From contig CAVVMJ010000003.1 in the NCBI GenBank assembly GCA_963749445.1, positions 128,715 to 192,714 on the forward strand: a stretch of DNA of 64,000 nucleotides, written 5' to 3'. This DNA is from an uncultured bacterium. GTDB lineage: Bacteria; Patescibacteriota; Doudnabacteria; UBA920. Below, piece by piece: positions 29,875-39,456 of the stretch. Within the stretch, counting starts at the first letter, position 1. The number at the start of each line of letters is the position of its first letter. The translations under genes and the position numbers were made by a program. The notes under the pieces are model-generated. The model did not search any database, was not told where the DNA came from, and saw nothing but the letters and a program-made list of their open reading frames with translations.

Positions 29875-30342
29875 ATGGTAAAAGTTCTCGTCTCCGGGGG
29901 ATTTGACCCTATCCATATAGGCCATGTCAGATTGTTCAAAGAAGCCAAGGCCCTTGGCGATTATTTGGTTGTGCTGGCCAACAACGATAACTGGCTGAAA
30001 AAGAAAAAAGGATTTGTTTTTATGAATCAAGCTGAACGCAAGGCTGTTCTGGAAGCCGTTCGCTGGGTGGACGAAGTCCAAATTACCACTCATCCGGAAA
30101 ACCCGACCGACATGTCCGTCTGCGCCGACCTAAAAAGGATTAAACCCGACATTTTTGCAAACGGTGGCGACCGCGACAAAAAAAACGCTGACACCTCCTC
30201 TTCTTCATTGAATCCGGAACAAAAACTTTGCCAGGAAATGGGCATAAAAATGGTCTTTAACGTCGGCGGCGAAAAAGCCCAAAGCTCCAGCGAACTGGTC
30301 AGGCGCGTTAAGGGAAACGACTCCTCAAAGGCATCATCCTGA
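29875..30342 (+). CDS. Cytidylyltransferase-like nucleotidyltransferase (RfaE domain II / TagD-like).
   Basis: VLVSGGFDPIHIGHVRLF (HxGH motif). Confidence 0.6.
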   Translation: MVKVLVSGGFDPIHIGHVRLFKEAKALGDYLVVLANNDNWLKKKKGFVFMNQAERKAVLEAVRWVDEVQITTHPENPTDMSVCADLKRIKPDIFANGGDRDKKNADTSSSSLNPEQKLCQEMGIKMVFNVGGEKAQSSSELVRRVKGNDSSKASS

Positions 30343-30440
30343 ACGGAGCGGAGACTGCTGCGTTAATTGGTTGATGATATAATACAATCAAGCCTTGAAT
30401 AAAGGCTTTTTTGTTTGTTTTTAATTAACCAATTTCGTTT

Positions 30441-30710
30441 ATGAAATCAGTTTGCAAATATTGCGGCAATAATCGATTAGTTAAGTGGGGCGGTAGGCGC
30501 AGGTATTGCGGGCCTTGTGATAAAACTTTTAGGGTTAAAAAGGCAGGAAGAAAAGGAACCAAAAAGACAGGCATGTACGTATTGGACCGGTCAACTTTTA
30601 GACGTATTGGATTTAAAACCAAAATGCGAGATACGACCGTGCTGAGAGGTTTGCATAAAGAGTTGCGGCCTGTGCCTACCCCGCTTGAGCATTTAAAAAA
30701 AACTTAAACC
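30441..30710 (+). CDS. insA: IS1 InsA-like zinc-finger protein.
   Basis: C-x2-C...QRY-like...C-x2-C motif. Confidence 0.6.
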
Positions 30711-31384
30711 GCTGTTCCAAAGTCCTGGTCATTGACGCCAAGCACGTGCCGGTCAAGGGAGAAGATTACTGCGAATATCTGGCCTACGACACCAACGTCG
30801 GCTTAATCGGCCGGTGTCATCGGAAGGGCGGAGAATCCACCTGGGGTTACCGGCAAATTTTTAAGGAACTCAAGGCTGTCGGTTATGAACCCAAAGTAGT
30901 CGTAAGCGACGGCGGAACGGGCATTTTCAGCGCTTTGAGGGCATTTGGCATTAAACGCCACCAGCGCTGCCATATCCATCTGCTGCGGGATTTGAAGACC
31001 GGCCTGAGAATACACGCCAAGAGGCCGAAAATTGTTTTAAGAAAATTTTACTGGGTTAAGTACGCCAAGTTGGTTTTGGACTCCAACGATGAATACCAGT
31101 TAACTTTAAGATTAAAACATTTTGACAGGGTTGTATTTGCTATGTGGCCCGGAGGCGGAGACGTGGAATTAAATGCCATTAACGGTTTCATCAGGACTTT
31201 GCCTTTGGCCTTTACTTTTATGGAATACCGAAAGCTTTGGGGCATCCCAAAAACCACCAATGTCTTGGAGGGCTACATTAGCCATCTTAACGCCAGACTT
31301 AAGACCATGCGGGGACTCAAAAACCCGGCAAACGCCGGGCGGATATTGAATGCCATCCATTACTTTTTGAGGAAGAAAATTTAA
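30690..31384 (+). CDS. insB: IS1 InsB-like transposase catalytic ORF (expressed as InsAB' by -1 frameshift).
   Basis: DDE-type region VVVSDGGTGIFS...HQRCHIHLLRDL. Confidence 0.55.
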
Positions 31385-31498
31385 GCGGTTACCAACCAAT
31401 TAGTGCAGCAGTCCCGGAGCGAAGGATCTCAAAAAAACCAAGGCCGGAAGCGTCGTGTCCCTCGCACGCGCCCCGGCCTTTTAGTTTTTTTCATGAAT

Positions 31499-31810
31499 CT
31501 AGATTTCCACAGAGATGGCATAAACCACCTGCTTGCCGATCAATTGATTTATATACTCTATGATCCGCTGAGCCAAAATTTTGATCTGGTAGGCCAATTC
31601 CTTGGACAGGCACGCAACTATTAAAATCCCGTTTTTTAAATCTATAGCCTTGGTTTCTTTGCCCAATTCCTCGGCAAAACCCATTGCCGCGTCCCGCCAG
31701 TACCTGATAGCCTGATGTTTGTAAAAAGCTTTTTGGAGTTTATATTGTTTTATCCGGCCCGGCAAAACCGCGCCGACTGAATTAAATCCTTTTTGGTTAT
31801 TTGATTTCAT
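31499..31810 (-). CDS. dciA: DUF721/DciA-like protein (helicase-loader-like) beside recF.
   Basis: 103 aa; ILIVACLSKELAYQIKILAQRIIEYIN matches the DUF721 pattern; lies in the recF/dnaN/dnaA neighbourhood. Confidence 0.5.
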   Translation of the reverse strand: MKSNNQKGFNSVGAVLPGRIKQYKLQKAFYKHQAIRYWRDAAMGFAEELGKETKAIDLKNGILIVACLSKELAYQIKILAQRIIEYINQLIGKQVVYAISVEI

Positions 31811-31825
31811 AAAATTTCTTTGCCG

Positions 31826-31950
31826 TTAGGCTGCGTTCTTGAGGGTCGCCCTCTGGCAAGGACTCCGTGATTTTAGAAACGATTGGTAAATATCAAAACA
31901 TTGCTTATTAAATGACCTTGGTTGTAGCCAGAGGGCGACCCTCAACCAAA
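31826..31950. other. Long hairpin (17-bp stem gagggtcgccctctggc, about 75-nt loop) in the intergenic region.
   Basis: ttgagggtcgccctctggcaagg ... gtagccagagggcgaccctcaacc. Confidence 0.4.
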
Positions 31951-31963
31951 TACAAAAATTTTG

Positions 31964-33045
31964 TTATTTATTTTCCTCAACGGCCGGGGTTAGGGTGATG
32001 TGCTGGGCCGGCATTTCCAACGGCTGGGTGGTGGTAATGAAGGTTTGAAATTTGCCTTGTAAATATTTAAGTAGGAAAGTCCGGCGCGTGTCGTCCAGTT
32101 CGGAAAGAACGTCATCTAAAAGCAAAATCGGCTGCTCTCCCTCCTTGCTTAAATACTCTAGTTCCAAAATTTTTAGCGCCACAATTTGGCTGCGCAGCTC
32201 GCCGCGGGAGGAAAACGGCGACAGGAATAAACCTTCGCTCTTGAGGAAAAAGTCGTCGCGGTGCGGGCCAACCAAACACATTCCCGTTAGCTGCTCTTTG
32301 GGCGCGGCCGCGGCCAGCTTCAGCCGGAAATTTTCCGCCACTTCCTCAAAACTGTCGCCGGGCAGGCTTTCCAAAAACACCTCCACCGGCCGGTGAAAAC
32401 CGGAAATGCTGGAATAGATTTCCGCGACGCTGTTGTTCAAAAAGTTAACGAATTTTTTGCGTTCGTAAGTTATCAGACTGCCAAAATTCACCAACTGCTC
32501 GTTCCAGCTCCCAAGCGCTTCCTGGCCGCCCCTGCCCTGTTTAATTTCCTGCAGCAGACGGTTTTTTTGGAACAACACCCGTTTGTAGCTAATCAAGGCA
32601 TCCAAATACTCCAAACGCTTTTGGGAAAGCACCATGTTTAAATACTTACGCCTGGCGTCTGGCGTTTTGCTGAACAGGTCCACGTCCGTGGGATCAAAAA
32701 TCACCACGCCCATGAATCCCTGGGCCTCGCGCCTTTTTTTCTGACGCCGTCAATCAAAAAGTTGGCGTAAATCTTGTCACGCTTTTCCAAAAAGATTTCC
32801 AGGCTGTGGGGTTGGCCGGCTTTTTCCAGCAGTATTTTCAACTCCAAACTGGCGCTGTCCTTTAGAAAAATAAACTCAGTGTCATCGCGGAACGATTTAA
32901 ACAGCGAAGCAAAATAAACCGACTCCAAAAGGTTGGTTTTCCCCACCGCGTTGGGGCCAGTGAGCACCACCACGTCGCTGTTAATGTCAATGTCCAGGCT
33001 GGGGTAGTTGCGAAAATTTTTTATGACAATGCTTTTTATTCTCAT
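31964..33045 (-). CDS. recF: DNA replication and repair protein RecF, with an apparent frameshift at a T7 run near 32735.
   Basis: N-terminal LTGPNAVGKTNLLES (Walker A) and C-terminal LLLDDVLSELD (Walker B/signature), in two frames. Confidence 0.8.
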
Positions 33046-33143
33046 AGGCCGCTGATTTGTCGCCGATTAGTACGCTGACCAAACGCTGAAGCCGGTTTTC
33101 GGCATTTTATCAGCGTCACAATCCGCGTCTTATCCGTGGTTTT

Positions 33144-34244
33144 TTAAGATTTAATGGGCATTACTAAATACAAATAGTCACTTTGGCCCTCGGGCAACAG
33201 CAAACTGGGAGAGCTTTCATCAATAATTTTCATCACCACGCTTTCGGTATTTATCCCGCCCAAACAATCGGTAATATAATAATAGTTAAGCAGTATGGCG
33301 CCCGACTTGCCTTCAATTTTTGGCTGGAGCTCTATCTCGCTTTTACCTAAATCTTGCGACTCGGTAATTAGCTTGAGGGTTTGATTGGAGTTTTCATAAA
33401 TAAACTTCACGCTGTTGCCTGCCTGGCTAAAAACACCCCCGGCTTTTAAGGCTCCCAACAAATCCTGTTTTTTTAAGGTAATGGTGGTAGTAAAGTTTTG
33501 GGGGATAATTTGCTTATAATCCGGATATTGCCCGTCTATTAAACGGCTGATAATTTCTGTGTTATCGACTTTAAAACCAATCTGGGTTTCGGTAAAATTC
33601 AAACCCACGGCGCCTTTTTGGGCTCCTATGACCCGAGAAAGCTCATTAATGGTTTTATGGGGGATAATAATTTGCTGGTCGGTGTGGTGTGGTGTAGTTA
33701 AATTAACCTGTTTTTCCGCCAGGCGGTAGCGGTCGGTAGCCACAATTTTCAGCAACTTTTTCCCAAAAGAAAACAACACCCCGGAAATTTCCGGCTGGGT
33801 TTGGTTTAAAGAAACCGCAAAACTTACCTGATCCAAAGAGGTTTTAAGAAGCTGTGCGTCGATTTCTAGGTTGTGGTTTTGTTCAATGGTAGGAATTAAA
33901 GGGAAGTCTTCCACCGGCAGGGTTTTAACAGTTGTGTGATAGTTTTCCGTTTCCACCCCCAATTCGGAATTATTGCTAAAAAGGGTGAGGTTTTGGTTAG
34001 GAAGATTGTTAACCAACTCGGTGATGGTTTTTGAGGAAACTGTTACCGCGCCTTCTTGTTCTACCTTGCACCGAATGTGGGTAGTAATCCCTACTTCCAA
34101 GTTGGTGGAAGATATCTTAAGCATCCCATTTTCGGTTTTGAGCATAAGGTTGTTTAAAATCGGTAAACTGGCGTTGGAAGAGATTATTCTGCCAGCCATG
34201 ACAAGCCCAGATTTTAAATTTTCTTGGGTGCAAACTATTTTCAT
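33144..34244 (-). CDS. dnaN: DNA polymerase III beta sliding clamp.
   Basis: MKIVCTQENLKSGL start; three-domain clamp length; sits between dnaA and recF. Confidence 0.8.
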   Translation of the reverse strand: MKIVCTQENLKSGLVMAGRIISSNASLPILNNLMLKTENGMLKISSTNLEVGITTHIRCKVEQEGAVTVSSKTITELVNNLPNQNLTLFSNNSELGVETENYHTTVKTLPVEDFPLIPTIEQNHNLEIDAQLLKTSLDQVSFAVSLNQTQPEISGVLFSFGKKLLKIVATDRYRLAEKQVNLTTPHHTDQQIIIPHKTINELSRVIGAQKGAVGLNFTETQIGFKVDNTEIISRLIDGQYPDYKQIIPQNFTTTITLKKQDLLGALKAGGVFSQAGNSVKFIYENSNQTLKLITESQDLGKSEIELQPKIEGKSGAILLNYYYITDCLGGINTESVVMKIIDESSPSLLLPEGQSDYLYLVMPIKS

Positions 34245-34411
34245 ATATTTAAGAATTAATTTTAAACGATAGTTATAGTAAGGTTTGTGGGTTGGTGGAT
34301 AAGTGGTGGGGAATGAATGTGGGTTGGGGTTTGGTAAAAACAATTTGTTGAAAAAAGTTTTTCTGTTTGTTGATAAGTAAGTTTCACACCCTTGGTTTAA
34401 TTTGAGGGTTT

Positions 34412-35758
34412 TTATATGAACAGTTTATCCATAATTAAATCTATCTCTTGTTTTAACTGTTCTTTTTCCACCACCAACTTCGCCACCTTTTCTACAGCGT
34501 GCATCACCGTAGTGTGATCCCGGCCTCCAAAAAAATCACCAATGGAGGGGAAGGAATTATCTAATTCCTTGCGTATTAAATACATGGCGATTTGGCGTGG
34601 TTTTACAAACTCTTTTTTCCGGGATTGTTTAATTAAATCCTCGTTGGAAATATTGTAAAATTCCGCAACGGATTCGGCGATTTTTTTGGCGGACGTGACC
34701 CGTTTTTTTGCGCCAATAATGCTGGCCAGAATGCCCTTCGCCTGGTCAATCAAAAGGCCCCGATTTTCCATTTGCTGGTAAACCGCCAACCGGTTTAGCG
34801 CGCCTTCCAATTCACGGACGTTGTTTTGGATGTTTTCGGCAATGTAAAATAAAATATCCTCGGAGATTTGGGCTCCCCGCTTTTCCATTTTAATCCGCAA
34901 TATGGCCATGCGGGTTTCCAAATCCGGCGCCTGGATGTCTGCCACCATCCCCCACTCAAACCGGCTGACCAAACGCTGTTCAATGGCCGGAATGTCTTTG
35001 GGCAGCCGGTCGGAAGTGATGATGATTTGCTTGCCTTTGTCGCGGAGTTCGTTAAATGTGTGGAAAAATTCTTCCTGGGTGCTTTCTTTGCCGGCGATAA
35101 ACTGGATATCGTCAATCATCAGGGCGTCCAACAGGCGGTAGGACTTTTTAAACTCCTCCATCCGGTTTTGTTTGATGGCGTCGACATAGTCGTTGGTAAA
35201 TTTTTCCGAAGTTACGTAAAGCACCCGGGCTTTGGGATTATTTTGCAACAGCCTGTACCCCGCGGCTTGCATGAGATGGGTTTTGCCCAAACCCACGCCG
35301 CCGTAAATAAACAAGGGGTTATATTGGTTGCCCGGATTTTTGGCCACGGACATGGCGGCCGCGTGGGCCAATTCGTTGTTTTTGCCGATAATTAAAGTTT
35401 CAAAAGTGTATTTGGGGTTAAGCCCGGAACTGTTTTGGGGCAGGGCTCCCCTAACCGGCGCGTGGCCATCGGTTTTAACCGCCGTTTTGTTGCCCGCGGT
35501 TGATGCCGGAGCGGCCGCGCCAATTTGGTATTTTATTTCTTTGATTTCGGGGGCAATACTTTTTAGGCACTTTAACATTTCTTGGTGGTATTTGGCCGCA
35601 ATCCAGTCGCGATTAAACGCGTTGGGCACGGCGATTAAAATAAAATCATTCCCCCGTTCCAGAATCGAGGTATTTTTAAACCAGGTATTAAAATTGGCCT
35701 TGCTTAAATTTATTTCCAAACTGCCCAAGATTGCCTGCCATAACTGTTGGTTGTTCAT
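34412..35758 (-). CDS. dnaA: Chromosomal replication initiator DnaA.
   Basis: NPLFIYGGVGLGKTHLMQA (Walker A), IDDIQF, and a C-terminal HTH (HTTVMHA). Confidence 0.9.
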   Translation of the reverse strand: MNNQQLWQAILGSLEINLSKANFNTWFKNTSILERGNDFILIAVPNAFNRDWIAAKYHQEMLKCLKSIAPEIKEIKYQIGAAAPASTAGNKTAVKTDGHAPVRGALPQNSSGLNPKYTFETLIIGKNNELAHAAAMSVAKNPGNQYNPLFIYGGVGLGKTHLMQAAGYRLLQNNPKARVLYVTSEKFTNDYVDAIKQNRMEEFKKSYRLLDALMIDDIQFIAGKESTQEEFFHTFNELRDKGKQIIITSDRLPKDIPAIEQRLVSRFEWGMVADIQAPDLETRMAILRIKMEKRGAQISEDILFYIAENIQNNVRELEGALNRLAVYQQMENRGLLIDQAKGILASIIGAKKRVTSAKKIAESVAEFYNISNEDLIKQSRKKEFVKPRQIAMYLIRKELDNSFPSIGDFFGGRDHTTVMHAVEKVAKLVVEKEQLKQEIDLIMDKLFI

Positions 35759-36034
35759 AGGACTAAACAGATTAACACGGATAAATTACTAACAGCACGG
35801 ATCTGTGCTCACCGGTTTTTTAATCTGTGTTGACCCGTATGCTTTATTCTAACAGGGAGTTATCAACATGTAAATGAACCAAAAACTCTTTTATTTAAAA
35901 GCGAAAGTAAAAATTGTGTGTATATGTTGTGGAAAAGGTGTGGTTAATTTTCTTAAACCTTTCCGCTTTAATCTAAGATTGACCGAAAGACCGATTGCTG
36001 GTATAATTCAGTGAGAAAATTAAAGAATTCTTAC
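35759..36034. promoter_or_regulatory. Candidate oriC: AT-rich dnaA-rpmH spacer with DnaA-box-like 9-mers.
   Basis: TTATCAACA, TGTGGAAAA and TGTGGTTAA (each 1 mismatch to TTATCCACA); divergent dnaA and rpmH. Confidence 0.55.
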
Positions 36035-36169
36035 ATGAAAAGGACATATCAGCCAAAAGTGAAAAGGCGAAAAACGAGGCACGGTTTTTTGCACCGCATG
36101 CAGACCAGAACCGGACGGAACGTATTGTCGCGCAGGCGCCACAAGGGCCGCAAGAAACTTTCTGTGTAG
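36035..36169 (+). CDS. rpmH: 50S ribosomal protein L34.
   Basis: [44 protein letters not shown] translated directly; below the ORF-track size cutoff. Confidence 0.9.
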   Translation: MKRTYQPKVKRRKTRHGFLHRMQTRTGRNVLSRRRHKGRKKLSV

Positions 36170-36174
36170 ACATA

Positions 36175-36268
36175 GCAATTAACAAGATTGACATGAATGA
36201 ACAAGATTGACAAGATTGCCAACCCAAATTCATGTCAATCATTTAAATCATTTAAATCTTGTTCAATC
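36175..36268. repeat. Family-C AT-rich palindromic element with repeated TTGACA motifs (copy C1).
   Basis: caagattgacatgaatga acaagattgacaagattgccaac ... attcatgtcaatcatttaaatcatttaaatcttg. Confidence 0.65.
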
Positions 36269-36273
36269 GAACT

Positions 36274-36612
36274 ATGTTTTCCAAACAGCATCGCCTTGGC
36301 AAAACCACAGACGTGCAAAAAGTTTTTGCCCAAGGGCGGGCTTTTTTTAACCCCTTGTTTACGATTAAATTTTTGACGCGGCCTAGCCAGCTTCCGCGGT
36401 TTACCGTGGTGGTATCCACTAAAGTTTCCAAGAGCGCGGTTAAACGCAATCGGTTAAAAAGGCTGACGCGGGAGTTTATTCGGATGCGGATGGGAAAATT
36501 TAGGCTCGGTGATTATGTGGTAATTTTAAAACCGGCCGCAGCGAGGCGGGATGAAAAATCGCTGATGATGAGCTTATCCGAACTGTGCCAGAGAGCCAAA
36601 CTGATAATTTAA
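36274..36612 (+). CDS. rnpA: RNase P protein component.
   Basis: Basic ~110-aa protein, KHRLGKT...VSTKVSKSAVKRNRLKR, directly after rpmH. Confidence 0.8.
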   Translation: MFSKQHRLGKTTDVQKVFAQGRAFFNPLFTIKFLTRPSQLPRFTVVVSTKVSKSAVKRNRLKRLTREFIRMRMGKFRLGDYVVILKPAAARRDEKSLMMSLSELCQRAKLII

Positions 36613-36640
36613 CAGTCTTTGAGGGCTTCTCTATGGCGCT

Positions 36641-36747
36641 CCACCCCGACCGACGACGAGTGCGCCCGAGGAGGAATGGAGGGGTCTGTAAAAATAACAG
36701 ATTCCTCGACTCGTCCTCAGCTGCTATTTGGGACTCGCTCGGAATGG
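36641..36747. repeat. Family-D palindromic element (copy D1).
   Basis: ccaccccgaccgacgacgag...gaggaatggaggggtctgt / aacagattcctcgactcg...ctcgctcggaatgg; a related copy is at 63337-63445. Confidence 0.6.
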
Positions 36748-36766
36748 AACGTTAATATTTACCCTT

Positions 36767-37039
36767 ATGAAAAAATTTGTCAGCAATCCAATTAGTCTTT
36801 CTTCCCGCGCGGCAGCCGGGCTGGTTTTTGTTTACCAACGTTCCCTGTCGCCAGATCACAGTTGGTTGGCTGCGCGTTTTCCTTACGGGTTTTGCCGCCA
36901 CTATCCGTCCTGCAGCGAATATTCCCGTCAGAGCCTGCTTAAATTTGGGTTAATAAAAGGTGGGCTGTTATCCGTTAAACGGTTAGCGCGCTGCCATCCT
37001 TGGGCCGAGCCGTCCGTTGACCCGGTTCCGCATTTTTAA
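36767..37039 (+). CDS. yidD: Membrane protein insertion efficiency factor YidD.
   Basis: YQRSLSP...FCRHYPSCSEYS. Confidence 0.75.
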   Translation: MKKFVSNPISLSSRAAAGLVFVYQRSLSPDHSWLAARFPYGFCRHYPSCSEYSRQSLLKFGLIKGGLLSVKRLARCHPWAEPSVDPVPHF

Positions 37040-37052
37040 AAATTGATTTAAT

Positions 37053-37766
37053 ATGTGGCTGCTTACTATTTATCATAATTTCCTTTATCTCCCCCTGCTG
37101 AACCTGCTGGTGTTTTTTTATAACATCATTCCCGGCCATGATATTGGCATAGTGATTATTGTGCTGACAATTGTCATTCGTTTGGCACTGGCCCCGAGCT
37201 TCCATAAATCACTCAAAAGCCAAAAGGCCATGAATGACTTGCAGCCCAAGTTGAACGAATTGCGGAAAAAGCACAAAGAAGATAAGGAAGCCTTGGCTAA
37301 AGCCACTATGGGCCTTTACCGCGAGCACAAAATTAATCCTTTGTCTTCCTGTTTGCCGATTTTAATCCAGTTGCCGATTTTAATCGCGCTGTACCAGGTT
37401 TTCCGTTTGGCGCTCGGCGGGCACGATTTGATGGGGCTTTATTCGTTTGTCAAAAACCCCGGGTTTATTAGCCCAAAGCTGCTCGGTTTGGTGGATCTGT
37501 CCAAGCCCAGTTACGTGTTCGCAATTTTGGCCGGCGCGGCGCAATTTTGGCAGTCAAAATTAATGATGCCCAAGGCCAACTCCGGCCAGGACGCGACAAT
37601 GCGCGCCATGTCCGTGCAGACCACTTATGTTTTGCCCTTTATTAGCGTGATAATCGCCTGGCGTCTGCCTGCGGGCCTGCCGCTTTACTGGATTGTAACT
37701 ACGCTGTTTGCTGTGGGGCAGCAGTATTATATTCTGCGCAAACAGAATCCGACAGCGGCCCAGTAG
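37053..37766 (+). CDS. yidC: Membrane protein insertase YidC (short form).
   Basis: Multi-TM; the conserved YWIVTTLFAVGQQYYI region; lies in the rnpA-yidD-yidC-jag cluster. Confidence 0.8.
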   Translation: MWLLTIYHNFLYLPLLNLLVFFYNIIPGHDIGIVIIVLTIVIRLALAPSFHKSLKSQKAMNDLQPKLNELRKKHKEDKEALAKATMGLYREHKINPLSSCLPILIQLPILIALYQVFRLALGGHDLMGLYSFVKNPGFISPKLLGLVDLSKPSYVFAILAGAAQFWQSKLMMPKANSGQDATMRAMSVQTTYVLPFISVIIAWRLPAGLPLYWIVTTLFAVGQQYYILRKQNPTAAQ

Positions 37767-37835
37767 TGGGTAGTTGGTAGGAGGTAGCCAGCAGTTTGGC
37801 TACCCGCTACTTACTACTAACTACCAGCTAATTTT

Positions 37836-38315
37836 ATGACCGACTACGACAAAATCGAACAGGTAAAAAAAATCATTATTGGGGTGTTGGAAAAAATGGG
37901 GATAGCGGCGGAGGTGGAATTTGAAGAAAGTATTACCAAAGGGCTGATTTTTAACATTTCCTGCCGCGATGCTTTTATGCTCATTGGCCGCGAAGGTTCT
38001 ACCCTGCACGCACTGCAGGTTTTGGTCCAGTCCATTGCCGCGCGCCGGTTTCTTAAAGAGCCCGATGGGCGGATGATGTGGTTTACTTTAGATGTTGACG
38101 ATTACAAAAGAAAGCGTGAATGGTACTTAAAGGAAACGGCCAAGGCGGCTGTTGACCACATAAAAAAAACCGGCCGTGCCGTAAGCCTTGATCCCATGCC
38201 CAATTACGAACGCCGGCTCATCCACGCCTACCTCCAGGAACACTGCCCCGAAGCCGAAAGCTCTTCCATTGGCAACGAACCGTATCGGAAAGTCGTGATA
38301 AGGCTAAAGAGATAA
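37836..38315 (+). CDS. jag: Jag/KhpB-like KH + R3H RNA-binding protein.
   Basis: C-terminal R3H motif ERRLIHAYLQEH; position after yidC. Confidence 0.7.
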   Translation: MTDYDKIEQVKKIIIGVLEKMGIAAEVEFEESITKGLIFNISCRDAFMLIGREGSTLHALQVLVQSIAARRFLKEPDGRMMWFTLDVDDYKRKREWYLKETAKAAVDHIKKTGRAVSLDPMPNYERRLIHAYLQEHCPEAESSSIGNEPYRKVVIRLKR

Positions 38316-38385
38316 ATTCCAAGTTTTAAAAACACCCGAGAGGGTATTTTTTGTAGCGTGCCGATTTATCGGCTGGGCGATGGTT

Positions 38386-39189
38386 TTATTTCAGCCGCTC
38401 TGCTTGTTGCCAGGCGAGTTCAAAAACAATCTTTAAGGAATTAGCAAAGGAGGGATTTTTGATTTCAAAAGCCATCTTTTCCCCGGGCTTAACCAGCACG
38501 CCCATCACAACGTCGTCGTAAATATTCACTTCCGCGGCTGGCGTAAACGGGAATTGTTTTTCCAGCCAGCGGTATTCTGTGCATTTTTGGTAGAGCGGAC
38601 TGTTTTTATAAGTGGTTTCATAAAAATACAAACCGGCTTCATTTTTCATAACCAAAGCTTTTTCTTTTATTCCAAGTTTCGCACGTTCTTTGACGTAGTC
38701 TTTACCAAATTTGTCATAAGCTGATTTTTCTTTTCCGGGCAAGTAAACATTCAAATCCAAAACTGAATAAATTATACTTTTGGATTCCAGCGTGTGCCAA
38801 TAAATATTTTTTATTCCGTCCCAGCCTTCAAAAAATTTAATGACCGGTTTGTTTTCTTTTTTGTATAGTCCTTGAAGATCGGGCAATAACTCTCCAACAT
38901 CCGCCAGGCGCTTTTCCGCCTGGTGTTTCTTATTTTCTAAGTATTGTTTTAACCTGAACGGCGCCTCGGCCACGTATATGGTTTTTTTAGTGCCGAGAGT
39001 TGTGCGGCTGGCTAAGCCGTAAAGCGACAAGCGTTCCAAAATATCATAGCCGGTTGTGCGGTTAAGCGTAGCCGCTTTGCTAATATCACTCACCGTTCCC
39101 TGCCCCAACTCCAACAGCGCCAAATAAACTTTGGTTTCGTTTGGATGTAACCCCAAACTTTGCAGTTGTTCGGCGATTTTGCAATCCAT
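38386..39189 (-). CDS. TrmB-family transcriptional regulator (wHTH + C-terminal domain).
   Basis: KVYLALLELGQGTVSDISKAATLNRTTGYDILERL wHTH. Flanked on both sides by gccgatttatcggc hairpins (38352-38368 and 39258-39275). Confidence 0.55.
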   Translation of the reverse strand: MDCKIAEQLQSLGLHPNETKVYLALLELGQGTVSDISKAATLNRTTGYDILERLSLYGLASRTTLGTKKTIYVAEAPFRLKQYLENKKHQAEKRLADVGELLPDLQGLYKKENKPVIKFFEGWDGIKNIYWHTLESKSIIYSVLDLNVYLPGKEKSAYDKFGKDYVKERAKLGIKEKALVMKNEAGLYFYETTYKNSPLYQKCTEYRWLEKQFPFTPAAEVNIYDDVVMGVLVKPGEKMAFEIKNPSFANSLKIVFELAWQQAERLK

Positions 39190-39456
39190 ATGGGAGAACA
39201 GATAAACACGGATGTAGCGTGCCCATTTATGGGCGGACGATGGATGTGTTTAGTGTAGTTAGCCGATTTATCGGCTGTTATTTGTGTCAAGTCATCCCGA
39301 CAAAATTTGAAAAGTTAAATATAAAAGCCAGAAATAAGCCTAAATACATTATATCATAAGTGGAGCCAAATTGTCAATATGTGATTATTATGGTATATTT
39401 CCCCGTTAAAACAAAAATCCTAAAACGGCACTTTTTGTTTCAACAAGGAGGAGTTC

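Larger units (their letters stand above)
30420..31400 (+). mobile_element. IS1-family insertion sequence (InsA zinc-finger ORF + InsB' transposase ORF joined by a -1 frameshift at A7C).
   Basis: ORF1 has CKYCGNNRLVKWGGRRRYCGPC. ORF2 has SDGGTGI...QRCHIHLLRD. The ORF2 frame is open upstream and overlaps ORF1 across ttt-aaa-aaa-act (AAAAAAAC). Confidence 0.65.

Noticed and set aside
30420-30440. Terminal inverted repeats of the IS1-like element
   Set aside because: The ends share ttaaccaatt/ttaccaaccaatt only in direct, not inverted, orientation. IS boundaries are therefore left approximate.
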